NCBI GenBank assembly: GCA_040285825.1
Contig: JAUPSS010000001.1
Coordinates: forward strand, 620,001 to 684,000
DNA from: Eukaryota sp. TZLM1-RC
Lineage: Eukaryota > Protista > Metamonada: BaSk clade
Length of the DNA stretch: 64,000 nucleotides
Direction: 5' to 3'
Shown here: positions 58,180 through 64,000 of the stretch, in pieces
Numbering within the stretch: position 1 is the stretch's first letter
Layout: each line of letters starts with the position of its first letter
Made by a program: the position numbers and the translations under genes
The notes under the pieces: generated by a model
Databases searched by the model: none
What the model saw: only the letters and a program-made list of their open reading frames with translations
Told to the model about the DNA's origin: nothing

Positions 58180-59975
58180 ATGGCTCACAGCAAACGCTTA
58201 TCAAGAAAGATTGTAATTTCATATCATCTGGTGTCAATAAGATTATCCGTTGTGTCCTATCTTTTTCTGCTTTGCTATTCATCCTTTAATGAATGAATTA
58301 ATACAAGAATTTCAAGCTATTAAAATTACTGCTTATATAAATGAAATTTTAATTATTGGTCCAATTGCTTCAGTGAGAAAAATTGTTAGAATTGTTCAAC
58401 AACTATTATCAAATTAGTCTTTCCTTAAATATTTCTAAATGCTTGTTGATTGGTAAAGAGATTGCTGAACTGGTTATTGATGATCAAATTGTTCCTTTCA
58501 TTAACTCTTTTGAATCAGGATTCCATTTCTAGGTGGTTATTTAGCCAATTTTGAGGATATATGAAATCACTTTTCCTCCCTTTTTGCACATTTGGAACAG
58601 GAAATTGCTGTTCTTTCAGATTTAGATATTCAAAGACATCCTAAATTTTTCTTTCTCAGAATTTGTTATTCAGAAGAATTTAGTTATATCCTACGATCAA
58701 CCTTACCATCTCTCTCGATTTTTGCAGAATTTTTAATGAATTAAGAACAAAATTGTTGGATGATATGCTCAATATTGATTCTTCTGTTTTCCGTGGTCAT
58801 ATTTGTTTATCACAGAATTAGGAGGCATAGATTTTAACAATTCTAAATATTTGTGTAAAACTGCATCGATTGGTGGATGCAAAATTTTTGAATTATTGAA
58901 ACGTTTTCCTGAAAACAAACATTTAATAGAATGTTGTGGTATTGATTATTTGGGGAAAGAAATTGGAGAACGAAATTGAATCCCTCTCTCCTCACATCTG
59001 GTCCACATGCTTTCCTACCGATATTGAAGAAATTCCCGCCAGAACTTTGATTTATTGAAGATCTACATACACCAAATTGCAGAAATAAATACTAAGGGTT
59101 TTTGAAAACTTGCATTTTATTGTTAATCTTAGCTTGCATAAAGAGAAGAATCTCGTTTTTACCAACTGTTGTATTGATCTTAAGGAAAGTAGCTCAAGTT
59201 GTCTCATTTACCAAATTCTAGATGTTTATGTTTTATTCTTAAATCGCCATCAAAGGACAACTGCCTTAAAAATGAGGTTATTTTCTGTGGCCATGCAGTT
59301 TGCCAAATGATTTGATTTGTCGTTGTGGTCAGCTTCTTATGTTGAATCATTTATATTATTGCTAATTTAATATTACCTAACGATCAGTTGTTGATGATGT
59401 TGTTAGTTACCAACTGTAAGCCATGTGCAAAAGTCACCATATTGAAGCTTTTGTTGAACCACTTCTGCGTAAATTGCCACCTGAGAATGATGATAATACT
59501 TTTGGAAAACGCCGTGCTGATTTAATGACTTCTGCGTCTGATGGTGTGATGACAGTTGTTGATGGTTGTGAAGATTCAGCAATTGATTTTGCCAAAAAAG
59601 ATGAAACTCCACTCTGCTTCATTGAAAAGAACAAAATCAAGAGCCTTTATCTCGCCTAGGGTTTGTTGAGCATGTGAAATATCAGTTGGTTCCATTTGCT
59701 GTTTCTCTTTTTGGTAACTTTGGAATCTTTGGTATAAAATTTGTCGAAGGATTCTGATGTTTCCTAAAAGAAAGAGCAGGAAACGAGCTGATCATTAATT
59801 TCAGGTACATTAGAGTTGTTTTTAGTATACTTAAAACAATTTCAGAAATGATAACCAAAACAGTTACAATTATCACTAGAGTATACAGATCGTGCACTTG
59901 AGATATTAGATGATGTGGATGGGTGTATTGAGAAATTATTGAGTTCTAGTTAGTTGTTTATTTGTTTTGTTTGCG
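58180..59975 (+). mobile_element. Heavily decayed family A-like RLE element (RT to 3' end)
   Basis: MCKSHHIEAFVEPL and GKRRADL; collinear with 6070-7870 on the opposite strand. Confidence 0.85.
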
Positions 59976-60840
59976 TTTCAAAATAAAAGAAAACATGATA
60001 GAAGATGCTGCTGAAAATGAGTACTAGAAATACGATACTGTATAAAACCACAGCCATTGTAAAAGAAATCTCCTGTTGAGTTTACAAAAGCTGAATTCCC
60101 AACTTCGATTCCCTTCATCAATCCCCCAAACCCAATGTAGTCTTTTTGAGAGCATCGTAAAAAAGCTCTGACATCAATGAAGCTGATGACACTTAAAGCG
60201 AACAACCTCTGTGCTTTTCCTTTGTTCAAAATGATGGTTGGGTCATAATCATACCCTCTTTTAGACGAATGAATGCTACTTTTGAAGCCTTATGTAATCT
60301 ACCACGCAAAACAAAGAAGTTCTAATCTTTATGGAATAAATGAGAAACAACTAGTACCGATGGGTAAGCAAAAGGGGATCTGCTGCACTTCTGGCAAAAG
60401 GGGACCCCAAAGTGGGAGCCAGCATTTCCTTTCCCACTTTCCGGGTCTGACTGCATGGTGCTTGATCAATGAGGGTGATTCTGAAGATTGGGCATTTTAG
60501 GTTTTTGTGGATCTTGATTTTGCATGTTATTCGCAAAAATTTCCTTTTGTGAGAAATTGTTACTGTAATTTTTTAACAAATATATATTTATTTTCTGCGA
60601 ATAATCAAGTCAAATCAAAAGAAACTAAAACACACAAGAAACAAAACTATTTGGGAACGCTTCTGTACAAAGCGAAAATGATGCGATTCTTCCATAAATT
60701 CCCTGCAAAATTGTTACTACTTGAACGACACAAATTACCAAAAATCATTGATAAAATCCAAGGCGAACTGTCCAATGTTGCCAAAAATCGAAAAGACAAA
60801 CGGAACAAACGAAAATTTTGAGTAAAGATTCTTATTTAAA

Positions 60841-63800
60841 GCCAGCATTTCCTTTCCCACTTTCCGGGTCTGACTGCATGGTGCTTGATCAATGAGGGTG
60901 ATTCTGAAAATTGGGCATTTTCGATATTTATGGATCTTGAGTTAGCATGTTCTTCGCAAAAATTTCCTTTTGTGAGAAATTGTTACTGTAATTTTTTAAC
61001 AAATATATATTCATTTTCTACGGAAAATCAAATCAAATCAAAACAATCTAAAGCACATAAGAAACAAAACTATTTGGGAACGCTTCTGTACAAAGCGAAA
61101 ATGATGCGATTCTTCCATAAATTCCCTGCAAAATTGTTACTACTTGAACGACATAAATTACCAAAATCATTGATGAAATTCAAGGCGAACTGTTCAATGT
61201 TGCCAAAAATCGAAAAGACAAAAGGAACAAACGAAAACTTTGAGTAAAGATTCTTATTTAAATCATTTAATATTGCAGTATATTTTCCTCTTTTTCGGTC
61301 TTCACTAAGTAAAACATCATCACAATGAATAAAAGCAAAGGTATCTCTTGATCATCAGAATCGAGACTAAAACAATTATTGTTTCCAGACGCATGTGTGG
61401 AAATTTTTTTAAACTCTTGAGGAACTTCGTAATTGACTTGGCCTTTGTTTGTGAATCTTGCAAGGCTGTAGATTGTTCAAAAATAATATACGTGTTACAG
61501 CACAGGTAACTCCTCTATCTTCTATCTTCCTTTTCAATTTGCTTCTGGAAATTTACTAATAATTTAAAAGAAGGAATATGGGATATCACACGGTTATGGA
61601 AATTTGTTTGCTTAAAGCTAAAACAGTATTGTCTTACAACTCCAAAAATTCTTGAAAATACTAACGGAAACTGTTGCAGAGTTTATACCGGTTTAAAATT
61701 CGAATCAGATTTTTTGATCACTTAGAATTGTTGCAAAACCTGTATTGTTCTTCGATCGTGAACAAGACAAATTGTTTAATAACATGCTCTTAATTGAACG
61801 TATTTTATTGTTCTAGTGTTGTAGTGTTTTATTCTAAGTGTTTCAAGAATATTCAGTTAACCAGAGAACGATCTTTATGAAGAGCTATCAAAATTGCCAC
61901 TTCATAATCCTTTATAGACTGGTTTTACTTATAAATTTTGTTTTGTCAAATTCGATTTAAAATAGGAATTTATGCAAAATTCATCACTATTTCACAATGT
62001 TTGCAAAATTCCGATCTCCTTTGATGAAAAGAGTAAAATTAAAGAGTACAACGTACCCTTATCGTAGGTAGGATGTGTTGCGCATGTTAAGTATTATTAT
62101 ACAATTTTTATGGCTCACAGCAAACGCTTATCAAAAAAGATTGTAATTTCATATCATCTGGTGTCAATAAGATTATCCGTTGTGTCCTATCTTTTTCTGC
62201 TTTGCTATTCATCCTTTAATGAATGAATTAATACAAGAATTTCAAGCTATTAAAATTACTGCTTATATAAATGAAATTTTAATTATTGGTCCAATTGCTT
62301 CAGTGAGAAAAATTGTTAGAATTGTTCAACAACTATTATCAAATTAGTCTTTCCTTAAATATTTCTAAATGCTTGTTGATTGGTAAAGAGATTGCTGAAC
62401 TGGTTATTGATGATCAAATTGTTCCTTTCATTAACTCTTTTGAATCAGGATTCCATTTCTAGGTGGTTATTTAGCCAATTTTGAGGATATATGAAATCAC
62501 TTTTCCTCCCTTTTTGCACATTTGGAACAGGAAATTGCTGTTCTTTCAGATTTAGATATTCAAAGACATCCTAAATTTTTCTTTCTCAGAATTTGTTATT
62601 CAGAAGAATTTAGTCATATCCTACGATCAACCTTACCATCTCTCTCGATTTTTGCAGAATTTTTAATGAATTAAGAACAAAATTGTTGGATGATATGCTC
62701 AATATTGATTCTTCTGTTTTCCGTGGTCATATTTGTTTATCACAGAATTAGGAGGCATAGATTTTAACAATTCTAAATATTTGTGTAAAACTGCATCGAT
62801 TGGTGGATGCAAAATTTTTGAATTATTGAAACGTTTTCCTGAAAACAAACATTTAATAGAATGTTGTGGTATTGATTATTTGGGGAAAGAAATTGGAGAA
62901 CGAAATTGAATCCCTCTCTCCTCACATCTGGTCCACATGCTTTCCTACCGATATTGAAGAAATTCCCGCCAGAACTTTGATTTATTGAAGATCTACATAC
63001 ACCAAATTGCAGAAATAAATACTAAGGGTTTTTGAAAACTTGCATTTTATTGTTAATCTTAGCTTGCATAAAGAGAAGAATCTCGTTTTTACCAACTGTT
63101 GTATTGATCTTAAGGAAAGTAGCTCAAGTTGTCTCATTTACCAAATTCTAGATGTTTATGTTTTATTCTTAAATCGCCATCAAAGGACAACTGCCTTAAA
63201 AATGAGGTTATTTTCTGTGGCCATGCAGTTTGCCAAATGATTTGATTTGTCGTTGTGGTCAGCTTCTTATGTTGAATCATTTATATTATTGCTAATTTAA
63301 TATTACCTAACGATCAGTTGTTGATGATGTTGTTAGTTACCAACTGTAAGCCATGTGCAAAAAGTCACCATATTGAAGCTTTTGTTGAACCACTTCTGCG
63401 TAAATTGCCACCTGAGAATGATGATAATACTTTTGGAAAACGCCGTGCTGATTTAATGACTTCTGCGTCTGATGGTGTGATGACAGTTGTTGATGGTTGT
63501 GAAGATTCAGCAATTGATTTTGCCAAAAAGATGAAACTCCACTCTGCTTCATTGAAAAGAACAAAATCAAGAGCCTTTATCTCGCCTAGGGTTTGTTGAG
63601 CATGTGAAATATCAGTTGGTTCCATTTGCTGTTTCTCTTTTTGGTAACTTTGGAATCTTTGGTATAAAATTTGTCGAAGGATTCTGATGTTTCCTAAAAG
63701 AAAGAGCAGGAAACGAGCTGATCATTAATTTCAGGTACATTAGAGTTGTTTTTAGTATACTTAAAACAATTTCAGAAATGATAACCAAAACAGTTACAAT

Positions 63801-64000
63801 TATCACTAGAGTATACAGATCGTGCACTTGAGATATTAGATGATGTGGATGGGTGTATTGAGAAATTATTGAGTTCTAGTTAGTTGTTTATTTGTTTTGT
63901 TTGCGTTTCAAAATAAAAGAAAACATGATAGAAGATGCTGCTGAAAATGAGTACTAGAAATACGATACTGTATAAAACCACAGCCATTGTAAAAGAAATC
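60841..64000 (+). repeat. Near-identical duplicate of 56915-60070 (runs off the window)
   Basis: Identical ORF translations at 59110/63040 and 59682/63612; a further partial copy lies at 60378-60840. Confidence 0.9.

Noticed and set aside
60044-60053. Target of the putative Fanzor guide (AAAACCACAG)
   Set aside because: Only a 10-nt match in AT-rich DNA, expected by chance, and the guide boundary is unproven.

Overview
AT-rich, apparently intron-poor microbial eukaryote (protist) DNA, a mosaic of host genes, transposons and viral DNA. The organism cannot be identified from the sequence alone. (1) A decayed chromodomain Ty3/Gypsy element with a 77-bp LTR is split inside its RT gene by a ~9.1-kb block of large-DNA-virus genes: divergent RPB2 C-terminus, RPB6-like, TFIIS, deoxynucleoside kinase and a RING/IBR ligase. 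A full-length RLE (CRE-like) non-LTR retrotransposon with a 13-bp TSD sits inside the viral kinase. (2) An apparently intact Fanzor/TnpB-family nuclease (23759-25759) is followed by a structured candidate omegaRNA, and there is a remnant of a second Fanzor. (3) Two Zn-finger/kinase/coiled-coil/LRR paralogs have 84-bp repeats with an invariant DNA scaffold and hypervariable surface codons. (4) There are two Piezo copies, one lacking about one four-helix blade unit. (5) Other genes are a coiled-coil/bacterial-type PARG/PBZ-like gene, a Firmicutes-like MBL hydrolase and an alpha/beta hydrolase. (6) The rest includes many RLE retrotransposon fragments of several families, 81-bp solo LTRs, a MITE-like element, a tRNA-derived structured repeat and segmental duplications. 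Many frameshifts fall in homopolymers and may be assembly errors.
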